Part shown: positions 18,062 through 26,414 of the stretch, in pieces | How the letters are laid out: each line of letters starts with the position of its first letter | Numbering within the stretch: position 1 is the first letter of the stretch | DNA from: a virus | Length of the DNA stretch: 64,000 bases | Strand: one strand, 5' to 3' | IMG/VR virus record: IMGVR_UViG_3300045988_068528 | Coordinates: 1-64,000 of that record | Program-made: the position numbers and the translations under genes | Notes under the pieces: generated by a model | What the model saw: only the letters and a program-made list of their open reading frames with translations | Told to the model about the DNA's origin: nothing | Databases searched by the model: none

Positions 18062-18538
18062 CTATTTTTTAGCGTACAATTCGTTCAATTCCTTGGTGAG
18101 CTCAGAGATCTTATCCGAAATTTCACTGATTTCCTTGTCGGTACGATTCATCACTGATGCCAGTTCTTCCGATGTTATCTTGTATTTACAGTAATTCAAC
18201 TTTGCATGTTCACATTCAAATTGTGCATTCCTCTTCTTTACAAGAAGGCTGTAAAGGTCAATTAGTTTCTGTCTCCAAGCGCATCGCTTATTGGCGGCAT
18301 CTAACACTTTCTCTGTATCGTTCCGTCTCCAGTTGGCTTCTATCAGCTCCTTCTTCAGCTTCTCGTTGCAGCGGAGGGTGTAGCAGACTTCGGTAATTAG
18401 AAAGGTCATCACAAAGTATTGCGCAAACCCCTTCCAGAATCCCATATAAGCCTCCGCTACTGTGAGGCAACACCCGAAGACAATGCAAACGACAAAGATG
18501 TCGATGCGGTCGAAAATCATTTTTAGTCTTTCTTTCAC
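18062..18538 (-). CDS. membrane-anchored coiled-coil protein, hypothetical
   Basis: 158 aa with hydrophobic N-terminal segments. Confidence 0.55.
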   Translation of the reverse strand: MKERLKMIFDRIDIFVVCIVFGCCLTVAEAYMGFWKGFAQYFVMTFLITEVCYTLRCNEKLKKELIEANWRRNDTEKVLDAANKRCAWRQKLIDLYSLLVKKRNAQFECEHAKLNYCKYKITSEELASVMNRTDKEISEISDKISELTKELNELYAKK

Positions 18539-18541
18539 ACG

Positions 18542-19657
18542 CTACAAATCGTTTTTATAATTATTGGTTACAATCCAGGAGCTCATTACAATGTTGAATA
18601 TCAGCAGGAGAACAATGATAGCCCAGTACTGCCCGTCGGTAAGCTCGATGGTAAGGTAATCAAAATCCTCGAAGTTCTTTCTGTGCCATTCCTTTTCTAC
18701 AATCGGACCGATATACTCGGCGTACTTTTCGAGATTTACAGGATTGCTCATAAACCAGTCTCTACTCTTAACGCCTACGACCGGGCTATCACACCATGAA
18801 AATGCGTTGCACCACTTGACATTCTTGTTCTTGTCAATACCGACGCACACAACAAGCTCATTCTTGTTGCCGCCCTGCCAGTATGAGCGCTGCTTTTCTA
18901 CGATTTCTTCCGGCTTGTTCGTAAAGAACATGACGAACACCCTAAACTGCTTCCGCTCGCCATAGTATCCGTTCAGCCATCTCATCGCCTTCTCCTGGTT
19001 CTTCGGAATCTTCAGTCCAAGCACAGGGTTCTGGTCATAAAGAACAATATCCGGATACTCGAACAGTCCAAGCTTTCGCGCCTGCTGATAATCAATATCC
19101 TCAAACTTGAAAATAGAACGTGAGGCTTTGACTTTGTTCTTGTACTCGTGTTCCGAGGATAGCGTGTATGAGTTTTCGATGGAGCCATCCCACGTCCATT
19201 CCTGAGCATCACCATCCTTGGTGTAGTAATGCCTGTGCATGTCGATAAACACGCTTTGGGTTCCAAGAATCTTTCTGACTGCATTAAACTCGTTGTCGGT
19301 CATGAAGAACTCTTCTTTGTTTCTGGCATCAAAATAAGTCCAGCGCTCAGGGTGATTTTCGACATACGAACAATCGTAGCTCACGGTGTGGCGATGTTTT
19401 CCGCTTCCGACAGTCCTTGTGCATGCGCGGTGTATGTACTCATTCCAGGCATCGTAATGACGGATTCTTGTAACGTAGCTTCCGAGATACTCCGTGTCAG
19501 CAGCATTGGACTGCTTGAACACGAACTCCATGAGGATGCCTATGAGGATGGATGGAACAATGAGTACTGCGTATTCCCACCAGGTGGTCTGCTTCCTGAA
19601 GAAAATCAACAGGAAAGCAGCAACCACGAATGGGATTAGGAATATGAATATTTCCAT
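18542..19657 (-). CDS. membrane protein, hypothetical (TM segments at both termini)
   Basis: 371-aa ORF. Confidence 0.6.
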   Translation of the reverse strand: MEIFIFLIPFVVAAFLLIFFRKQTTWWEYAVLIVPSILIGILMEFVFKQSNAADTEYLGSYVTRIRHYDAWNEYIHRACTRTVGSGKHRHTVSYDCSYVENHPERWTYFDARNKEEFFMTDNEFNAVRKILGTQSVFIDMHRHYYTKDGDAQEWTWDGSIENSYTLSSEHEYKNKVKASRSIFKFEDIDYQQARKLGLFEYPDIVLYDQNPVLGLKIPKNQEKAMRWLNGYYGERKQFRVFVMFFTNKPEEIVEKQRSYWQGGNKNELVVCVGIDKNKNVKWCNAFSWCDSPVVGVKSRDWFMSNPVNLEKYAEYIGPIVEKEWHRKNFEDFDYLTIELTDGQYWAIIVLLLIFNIVMSSWIVTNNYKNDL

Positions 19658-19663
19658 AAGCCG

Positions 19664-20209
19664 TTACTTCTTGAACAGGTCTACGTCGTTATCCTCTCCA
19701 AGTTGCATGATCATCTTTGTCTTGGATGAGGAGATAACCTTGTATTCGATAGGTTTTGTATCGGAGATGAACCATTTTGCCGGATATGTCTTCACGAGCG
19801 TCTCGTGCTCACGGATGATATCGAGCATTCTCTCCTGTGATGTCTGAAACTCGGAGCGCTGAATCTCTATGGACTGCATGAGGTCCTTGTATAGCGAAAC
19901 GTCGAAGTTAGGATTACTTTCCTTGATCCACTTCATAAGAGAGCCGTCTCCCTTTGAGTATCTGCCCTCGATAAGTTTCGGATAGATGGACTCGAATGCG
20001 GACTTGTACTCATCCGTAACCTGTGCCTTCTGCTGAAGAACCTTCCACATCTTGTCGTGAACGCCCTCAATCTTGCCACGCTGAGCCTCTGACTGCTGGC
20101 GAAGTGAGATTTCCTGGTTGTTGTAATGGAAATAACAACCGATAACTGAACCTGCGGCTAGTACTACTATTGCGAGTACTGATGCCAAAATAATGTTTTT
20201 TACACTCAT
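19664..20209 (-). CDS. LemA-like membrane protein (tentative)
   Basis: It has an N-terminal TM segment and a helical body, with general resemblance to the LemA family. This rests on memory only. Confidence 0.45.
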   Translation of the reverse strand: MSVKNIILASVLAIVVLAAGSVIGCYFHYNNQEISLRQQSEAQRGKIEGVHDKMWKVLQQKAQVTDEYKSAFESIYPKLIEGRYSKGDGSLMKWIKESNPNFDVSLYKDLMQSIEIQRSEFQTSQERMLDIIREHETLVKTYPAKWFISDTKPIEYKVISSSKTKMIMQLGEDNDVDLFKK

Positions 20210-20235
20210 ATTATTTAAATATTAAAAATTATCCA

Positions 20236-20796
20236 CTAGAACAGCTCTTTGATTCTTCGGAAGTCCTCGACATCCGGAACCGGGCAATCCTTCACCCACT
20301 CTATGTCCTTCACTTTCCACATAGACAGGTCGATGTCCTTAGGGAGAAGAGCCTTCATGTCTGCGAAGAGGTTGAGACGAAGAGAGCAGTCCGGATTGAA
20401 ATTCCAGTCAACACAATGATTTCTCTTCAAGTCAAGCATCTTGGCGTTGATGCCAACGAACTCCTCGATATCCACCTTTTTGTGAGGGGTCAGGCAAATT
20501 CCATCGAACTCGTAGCTGCAATCTCTGAGAATATCGAAATCGAAGAACGCAGTATAGAGGTAGAACTTCGATTTCGGAAAGCCCATGGCGTATTGCGCAG
20601 CCTCGATACCTTCAACAAGCCATGTTGTCTTCTGACTGATACCAGGCAGAAGAGGTTCTCCACCAGTGATACTAATCTCATCATAGTCCAATCTGTCAAC
20701 TACCGGAATCTTCTCGAAGTCGAACTGGTTATTGCAGCACATCGGACACTTGTTGTGACACTTTGCAGTCACCAGCAATCTTAGTTTCTTGTTCAT
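20236..20796 (-). CDS. radical SAM protein, small (186 aa), NrdG/QueE-like size class
   Basis: It carries CHNKCPMC (a CxxxCxxC motif) near the N-terminus and ITGGEPLL. Confidence 0.75.
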   Translation of the reverse strand: MNKKLRLLVTAKCHNKCPMCCNNQFDFEKIPVVDRLDYDEISITGGEPLLPGISQKTTWLVEGIEAAQYAMGFPKSKFYLYTAFFDFDILRDCSYEFDGICLTPHKKVDIEEFVGINAKMLDLKRNHCVDWNFNPDCSLRLNLFADMKALLPKDIDLSMWKVKDIEWVKDCPVPDVEDFRRIKELF

Positions 20797-21270
20797 AATC
20801 TCAATATTTTATTTATGTATATAACACCTCTATACCCATAAGAAATATGGGATAGCCAAGCGAGCCGAACCTTATTTTTTATCAACTACAATATATATAA
20901 TATACCATAGTAGTTCGTACTCCTTGTAAAGCCAGCACAAGTCTTCTGATACCCACAGAGCTTTGCTCGTTATGGTTGGCTTTCTCATTTCTGATATGGG
21001 CACCCGTCGTGAGGTGACACGTTGCGGGATTTACACAACCATAATGTAACTTACCTGACAGAGCAGTTTTATATATCGGTCGATAACTCCGAAGAGGACT
21101 GCACGGATTGAACCTCGTATGTCTTTGCTTGAAACTTTGAGATAGGGTAAAGAAAAACCCTATCCGCCGTCTGGGTCACGCTCCAAACTTTGGATAGGGT
21201 ATATCATTGTAGTTGAACTAATCAACTTCTAGATAAAACTTATTTATTTGCTAGCGCGTGACTTCTAACA
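20797..21270 (-). ncRNA. long structured 5' leader or candidate cis-regulatory RNA upstream of the radical SAM gene
   Basis: The segment is ORF-free and lies between a predicted promoter and the ATG. Evidence includes an 11-bp long-range helix (20882-20892 with 21206-21216) and a three-segment alternative pairing (21141-48 / 21157-65 / 21192-200). Confidence 0.45.
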
Positions 21271-21277
21271 AGCACTG

Positions 21278-21309
21278 CAAAGATACGACGATTATTCTTA
21301 CCCTCCAAA
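21278..21309 (-). promoter_or_regulatory. Bacteroidota-type promoter: -7 TATCTTTG (21278-21285) and -33 TTTG (21306-21309), 20-nt spacing
   Basis: Exact consensus elements on the minus strand. Confidence 0.55.
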
Positions 21310-21500
21310 TGCCTGATTTGTGTCAAAAATCCGCTCATTCAAGTAAAAAGTAAAAACAAAACTCTCGAAAGTGCTGATTTGGCTAGATGTTTCGATTAGA
21401 GTAAAAACAGGAATTTGTGCTATTCATTAAAGTACTGAATATTTACATTAACCCTTTTTAAGGAAAAAGGGCGCTTTTCGGTGTGTTTTTAGTGGTGACT

Positions 21501-21542
21501 TTAAATAAAATAGCCGCCCATCTGTAAGTGGATAAGCGGCTA
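21501..21542 (-). terminator. intrinsic terminator after the 21563-21781 gene
   Basis: Stem TAGCCGC/GCGGCTA followed on the minus strand by TTTTATTT. Confidence 0.6.
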
Positions 21543-21562
21543 TAGTGTACGACAAACTCCGA

Positions 21563-21781
21563 TTACAGATGCCCTATATCCTCCTTGGATATCCAGGTTC
21601 CGTGACTCGGCTGTTTGTCAAGGGTACAACCGGTAAGGTCCTTCACCCCAAGCTCCTTGCATAGGTCCTCGTCGTGAAAGTCAGCGTAGCACCACCACTT
21701 TGTCTCTTTGGTGGCGGTATCCTGCAATTCTAGCACGACATGAGGATAAAAATGATGTTCTGTACTTATGACTTTGTACAT
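21563..21781 (-). CDS. hypothetical protein (72 aa from ATG 21781; the longer track ORF needs a GTG start)
   Basis: The ORF track entry is 21563-21838. The internal ATG giving MYKVISTEHH is preferred. Confidence 0.5.
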   Translation of the reverse strand: MYKVISTEHHFYPHVVLELQDTATKETKWWCYADFHDEDLCKELGVKDLTGCTLDKQPSHGTWISKEDIGHL

Positions 21782-21852
21782 ATAAGTTAAATTCGTTAAT
21801 TGATGTTGAAGAAATATTGTTTTCTGAAATAAATCCACTATCTTTGCACATG

Positions 21853-22026
21853 TCTTCGGAAGACTTTAATCGAACCTTTATGGAATTGAAATAAAAATAA
21901 ACTTCCGTTGACGGTCAATTCTTCGGAATTGTGGATTTAAACGCTCATAAAGAGCAAATTTCTACTATCGTAGATGTCAGACTGTAATGGTCTGTGGTAG
22001 CCCCGGCTTAGGTCGGGGCTTTTTCG
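21853..22026 (+). ncRNA. candidate small RNA (about 170 nt) with its own promoter and intrinsic terminator
   Basis: A -7 box TATCTTTG lies at 21839-21846. There are hairpins at 21852-64, at 21916-31 (cUUCGg loop) and at 21978-94. The terminator AGCCCCG/CGGGGCT plus TTTT lies at 21999-22026. Only a 14-codon ORF is present. Confidence 0.45.
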
Positions 22027-22044
22027 TTCTACTACAGTAGAGAT

Positions 22045-22347
22045 TCACTTTAATTGCTTTTTGAGCAAATTAAATATCATATTTTCCTCTGCTTCGTCGA
22101 GGTTGTAACAGGCGTGAGGGAGGATGGTAGTTTTCTTGTTATCTCGATGCAAATAGATAATATTCGCATTCTCATGCCATGGACGTGATTTATAGCATCG
22201 CTTCACCATCTCCGAGAACGACGTGTTCTCGTTTCTTGCGAAGCTGGAATCCCAGGCGCCCAGGAGTGCAACGACCTGCTTCCAACTTAATTCGTTTAAG
22301 TTGATATTTCCATTTTCCTTCACCGTCTTTTCTAATATATTCTCCAT
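22045..22347 (-). CDS. hypothetical protein (start placed at MENILEK)
   Basis: The track ORF is 22045-22431. The shorter start leaves the repeated leader non-coding. Confidence 0.45.
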   Translation of the reverse strand: MENILEKTVKENGNINLNELSWKQVVALLGAWDSSFARNENTSFSEMVKRCYKSRPWHENANIIYLHRDNKKTTILPHACYNLDEAEENMIFNLLKKQLK

Positions 22348-22390
22348 ATTCTTTTCGCTTAGCCGTGATGCGATAGGGCTTAGATGTTTA

Positions 22391-22648
22391 TTAATTGATG
22401 TGATCGTCGATGCACTGGTCATGGATAGCATCTGCTAATGTCCAATCAGCCTTTGGATATTCTCCCCAGCCGGCTCCTTCGTTATTGTTAATATACCATA
22501 ACTCATTATCTTCTTTGACAGTTGCCACATGGTACATATTGACACCCGTGAAAAATGAATCCTGGTTATGGTCGTAACATACATCAAAGGAATTATCATC
22601 GTTTTCACGATAACGATAACCTGTTTTGATCAACTCTTCTTCTAGCAT
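22391..22648 (-). CDS. hypothetical protein
   Basis: 85-aa ORF. Confidence 0.5.
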   Translation of the reverse strand: MLEEELIKTGYRYRENDDNSFDVCYDHNQDSFFTGVNMYHVATVKEDNELWYINNNEGAGWGEYPKADWTLADAIHDQCIDDHIN

Positions 22649-22871
22649 ATTGTTTGCGCTTAACCGTGTTGCGTAGGGCTTGGTTATTAATTGCAGGAGC
22701 CGAAGCTCCCTATTTTTGGCTAATCGGGGCCGTTTTAAAAATCCCCTCCTACCCTCACGGGCAAGAGGGGACGAAACACTTTTTTAACACGCCCGTATGG
22801 CCGATAGCGCAGCCTCATTTTTATTATGAAAAATATCTTTGGCAGGGAGTATTGCTACTCCCCGGGTTTGG

Positions 22872-23240
22872 CTAGTTGCCGTTAAAGATTACCTGGAATG
22901 GAATCGCAAGTTTGTCGGTATCAAGCGGAACCTCGCATTTGATTCCGTAGATAGAATCAAGATGGCCCAGGGCATATACCTGCAAGCTCATCTTCTCCTT
23001 GAACTTCTCGATGCTGTCATACTCGCTCTCCAAAACGATGTCTGAAGGGAACTCCTCAAAGTCTTCCATCTCATCAACATAACGCTCGTTGAGCATTCGA
23101 AGCTCGTTAGCGAAATCGTCGTACGTCTTGATCTTGTACTCAGCCGCATCCTTCCAAACATCAAGAAGCTCCTGCTTGAATTTCTCCTCACACTGCTTCT
23201 TTCCTTCTTCCATCAAATTCTCTGAAATTCCTGCTAACAT
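22872..23240 (-). CDS. acidic hypothetical protein
   Basis: 122-aa ORF preceded by the cassette. Confidence 0.55.
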   Translation of the reverse strand: MLAGISENLMEEGKKQCEEKFKQELLDVWKDAAEYKIKTYDDFANELRMLNERYVDEMEDFEEFPSDIVLESEYDSIEKFKEKMSLQVYALGHLDSIYGIKCEVPLDTDKLAIPFQVIFNGN

Positions 23241-23251
23241 AATTCTATAAT

Positions 23252-23560
23252 TTATTGGTTAATACTATCTATCAGTAAATCTGTGAGCTGGGTAGCCGAA
23301 AACCAAGGTTCGAAGCGCACCTTTCTTCTAATGAGCTCCTTCTTGATGATTTCGGATACGCAAGAAACTTCCTTTTCAAGTTTTTCTGCCTTGCGCTCTG
23401 CCTGTCCCTGTTCTATCATCGCTCTGTACGTATCTTCTACATCGCAGATGCCAGAGAGCTTATCGAGTCGCTTTTTAAGTTTAACGTTCTCTCCTACCAG
23501 CTGACCTCTGCTCATATTTTCGAGTCTTTCTCTGTATGCTCGTTCTTCTTCTCTTTTCAT
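23252..23560 (-). CDS. coiled-coil hypothetical protein
   Basis: 102-aa ORF. Confidence 0.55.
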   Translation of the reverse strand: MKREEERAYRERLENMSRGQLVGENVKLKKRLDKLSGICDVEDTYRAMIEQGQAERKAEKLEKEVSCVSEIIKKELIRRKVRFEPWFSATQLTDLLIDSINQ

Positions 23561-23595
23561 TATTCCTCATATTAGTTAATAATAGCAGGAGATGG

Positions 23596-24636
23596 CTATT
23601 GGCCACCTCCAGTTTGGCTTAGTTCCTCATCGGGCTCGTCGTCGTCCTTATCATAGACTCCGAATAGCTTGAGGGTGTTGCTGTCGATTTCCGTCTTTCC
23701 GACGATGTAGCGCATCGTCATCTGAATGTTTGGCTTACCGTTGCTGGTATGGCCCATCATGACGGCAATCTGTTCCAATGGTACGCCTTTCTTGGAGAGA
23801 TTCGTGGCGAACGAACGTCTGCCGGTGTGCGAAGAGATGAAGCGGTACTTCTTTCCGGTCTCCTCCTTTCCAGCCTTGAATACCTTCGTGTTCGCATCTA
23901 TTCCGCATTCACGGCAAATGTCACGAAGAGTTCGGTTGAAGGTCATCTCGCTGATTTCGCCAGGGAGAGGCTCTGGGCCCGTGCCGCATACCAGGAACGG
24001 ACGGAGCTTCTTGTGGAGAGGAACCCTTACCTCCGTCTTGGTCTTCTGTGACACATACACCAGGAAGTGCCCGGTATCATCGATGTTCTCAGGAGTTATC
24101 CTCTGGCAGTCGCTGTAGCGCGCACCGCAGAGGCATTCCATGAGAAACATGCGCTGAACATATCTCTTTGTTTGTCCTCTTGGATTGTAATTTATGATTC
24201 TGTTTATCTCCTCATCCGAGAGATAGACGGACTGTACGGGCACGGCCTTCGTTCTGAGTATCTTTCCGAACGTCGGGCTGTTGATCTCCTTTGTAGCATC
24301 GTTCTCACGTATGACCGCCTTGATGGTGGCGCATACGGTCTTTGCGGAATTTGGAGCGTAGTTCTCCTTGATCTTCTCGAAGAGGTCACGGAGGTTGTCG
24401 TCGGTGATGTCTTCCCACAATGGCTTGTGGCCCAACAGCTCCTCGAACATTCTCACGACCTTGATGAACTTCGGATACTTCCAGATGTAAGCTCCGTAGA
24501 AGGTGTTGTGCCTCCACGCGTTGTCGTGATAGTTGGCGAACCAGCCCTGCTTGATAGCGAGCTTGTACTTCTCCTGCTGAACAGGACTCAGCAGACGCTC
24601 CCAGTCTCTAGTCTTGATTCTTATTTCTTCTGTCAT
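23596..24636 (-). CDS. second tyrosine recombinase (integrase-family)
   Basis: 346 aa. The C-terminus shows SSHTGRRSFATNL...MMGHTS...TMRYI (R, H-x-x-R, Y). Confidence 0.85.
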   Translation of the reverse strand: MTEEIRIKTRDWERLLSPVQQEKYKLAIKQGWFANYHDNAWRHNTFYGAYIWKYPKFIKVVRMFEELLGHKPLWEDITDDNLRDLFEKIKENYAPNSAKTVCATIKAVIRENDATKEINSPTFGKILRTKAVPVQSVYLSDEEINRIINYNPRGQTKRYVQRMFLMECLCGARYSDCQRITPENIDDTGHFLVYVSQKTKTEVRVPLHKKLRPFLVCGTGPEPLPGEISEMTFNRTLRDICRECGIDANTKVFKAGKEETGKKYRFISSHTGRRSFATNLSKKGVPLEQIAVMMGHTSNGKPNIQMTMRYIVGKTEIDSNTLKLFGVYDKDDDEPDEELSQTGGGQ

Positions 24637-24719
24637 AATTCTAATATTTTGGTTACTAGTGGCAAAGATACTAAAAGTTTATAATATAAACCATCATCTT
24701 TGCCGTTTTTAACGCTAAT

Positions 24720-25238
24720 TTAACCTTCCGAAGCGGTCTGTTTCTCGACTGATACGAGTTTTAGGGTAGAGCCCTTATGGTCATTCCACGCACGCATGTA
24801 GTCTTCCGCCTCATCCAATGCATCTTTATATGATTCTGCCCGGAATACGTACGGATTCTCCTTAGGAATGAAAATTCCATCATTGTAGGCAATCTTATAC
24901 TTTGCAGCATAGACACCAATATAGCCGTTCAGCTCATCGTTCAGACTAGTAGCGATGTCTGCAAGAAGGTCAACGGGTATATCGTCATCTGTAGCTTTTG
25001 CTTCCGGGAATTCAAACCCTATAGAAGTGCATCGGCTATGAATGATAGGGATAGCCGTATCGCTGCCGCCTACCTCTACTATGTTCACCTCCCTGTTGTC
25101 GTCGGCACGTACAGACCAATCGAACACCTTTCTGCTCACATTTTGCTCTCTCATTATCTCACGGATGGTGCATGCAAGTTCCATCTTTGCTGTTGAACGC
25201 AACTCATCAATCTTGTCTTTCAGTACTTTTCTATCCAT
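24720..25238 (-). CDS. hypothetical protein (start at MDRKVLKD)
   Basis: The cassette spacing supports ATG 25238. Confidence 0.55.
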   Translation of the reverse strand: MDRKVLKDKIDELRSTAKMELACTIREIMREQNVSRKVFDWSVRADDNREVNIVEVGGSDTAIPIIHSRCTSIGFEFPEAKATDDDIPVDLLADIATSLNDELNGYIGVYAAKYKIAYNDGIFIPKENPYVFRAESYKDALDEAEDYMRAWNDHKGSTLKLVSVEKQTASEG

Positions 25239-25295
25239 AATCTTAATATTTTGGTTTAACTTGATGCCCACCGTTTTCCGGCAGGCTTGTTTGGC

Positions 25296-25868
25296 TTAGT
25301 CTTTTCTTTCGATATCTAGGCCCGTAAGCACGCCTTTCATATAGGCTAATGTCTCTTCCTTGCATTCCGATAGAAACTTCTGGCATCCATCAATGATAAC
25401 GCCGTACTTACCGCTCGGATAATTCTGTAGAGAGCACGAGTGGTAATGCTTTCCGGATTTCTCCTCGATTTCTCCTGCGAGTCGCTTCCCTTCGTCGGTC
25501 TCATTTGGACGATTTTCTGGGTACTCATCGTAAAAATACTCGTGCCATAAATCTAGTAGCATATCCTTGCAATCCTCCATATCTTGCAAAATATCCGATA
25601 ATTTGTATGGCGCGCCGTTAGTACCATGTCCATCCTCGCCAATCCATTTACTGGCTTCCTCGTCAGGATCGAAGTCGCTATAATATTGATACAACTTATC
25701 CATGAAGTCAGACTTATTGCCATTCTCGAACCAAATTGTGGCGATGAAATCTTGGTCTTGTGGGGAATACTTCTCTAACTCGACGCAAACCTCACCTCTT
25801 TCGTTAGGTGTATCGTCAACATTATAACTCCAGTCTAATTCCTCAGCTAATTTTAAAAAATCATTCAT
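25296..25868 (-). CDS. strongly acidic hypothetical protein
   Basis: 190-aa ORF rich in D/E and aromatic residues. Confidence 0.6.
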   Translation of the reverse strand: MNDFLKLAEELDWSYNVDDTPNERGEVCVELEKYSPQDQDFIATIWFENGNKSDFMDKLYQYYSDFDPDEEASKWIGEDGHGTNGAPYKLSDILQDMEDCKDMLLDLWHEYFYDEYPENRPNETDEGKRLAGEIEEKSGKHYHSCSLQNYPSGKYGVIIDGCQKFLSECKEETLAYMKGVLTGLDIERKD

Positions 25869-25933
25869 ATTTTTAATTTTAATTGGTTAATACTAGGAGC
25901 GTGAAACAATAATGTTCCACGCCTTGTTCGGCT

Positions 25934-26356
25934 TTAAACCGGCAGAGACACGATATATTCCTTCTTCTTCTTTCGTGTTCTGCCCGTGACAGAATATCCG
26001 CAGATGTTTCTCAGAGAGAGAGCGGCTTCCGTCAGAAAAGGCTCGTTGACAAAGATTATCGGTTTCATCATATTATTCCGTACCATAAACTGATAGTCGA
26101 TGAAGTCGAATGGGTCGTTGGGGTCTTCCGATTTCTTCTTCCAGATGCTTATGTCCAGCATTTCAATGAAGTCTCCCTCTGGTGGATTGTCCATATCAAG
26201 GAATCTCTTCGGGAGAAGCAAAATTGTTTCCTTTGGTTCGTGTGTCAAAAAGAAATCTGAAACAACGCTACAGAATATGTTTAGATTAAACACCTTCGGC
26301 TTCAAGCCCTTTGCCTTCAAAATATCATTAACGTTAATGATTTTTGTTATTGCCAT
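25934..26356 (-). CDS. hypothetical protein
   Basis: 140-aa ORF. Confidence 0.55.
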   Translation of the reverse strand: MAITKIINVNDILKAKGLKPKVFNLNIFCSVVSDFFLTHEPKETILLLPKRFLDMDNPPEGDFIEMLDISIWKKKSEDPNDPFDFIDYQFMVRNNMMKPIIFVNEPFLTEAALSLRNICGYSVTGRTRKKKKEYIVSLPV

Positions 26357-26387
26357 AATTCAAAATTTTAATTGGTTAAACATTGTT

Positions 26388-26407
26388 CCCCGTCATTCCT
26401 GACGAGG
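26388..26407 (-). promoter_or_regulatory. cassette hairpin (example with strand-specific wobble)
   Basis: In the minus sense CCUCGUC/GACGGGG pairs with one U-G wobble. In the plus sense the same position is a C-A mismatch. Confidence 0.6.
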
Positions 26408-26414
26408 ATTTTGG

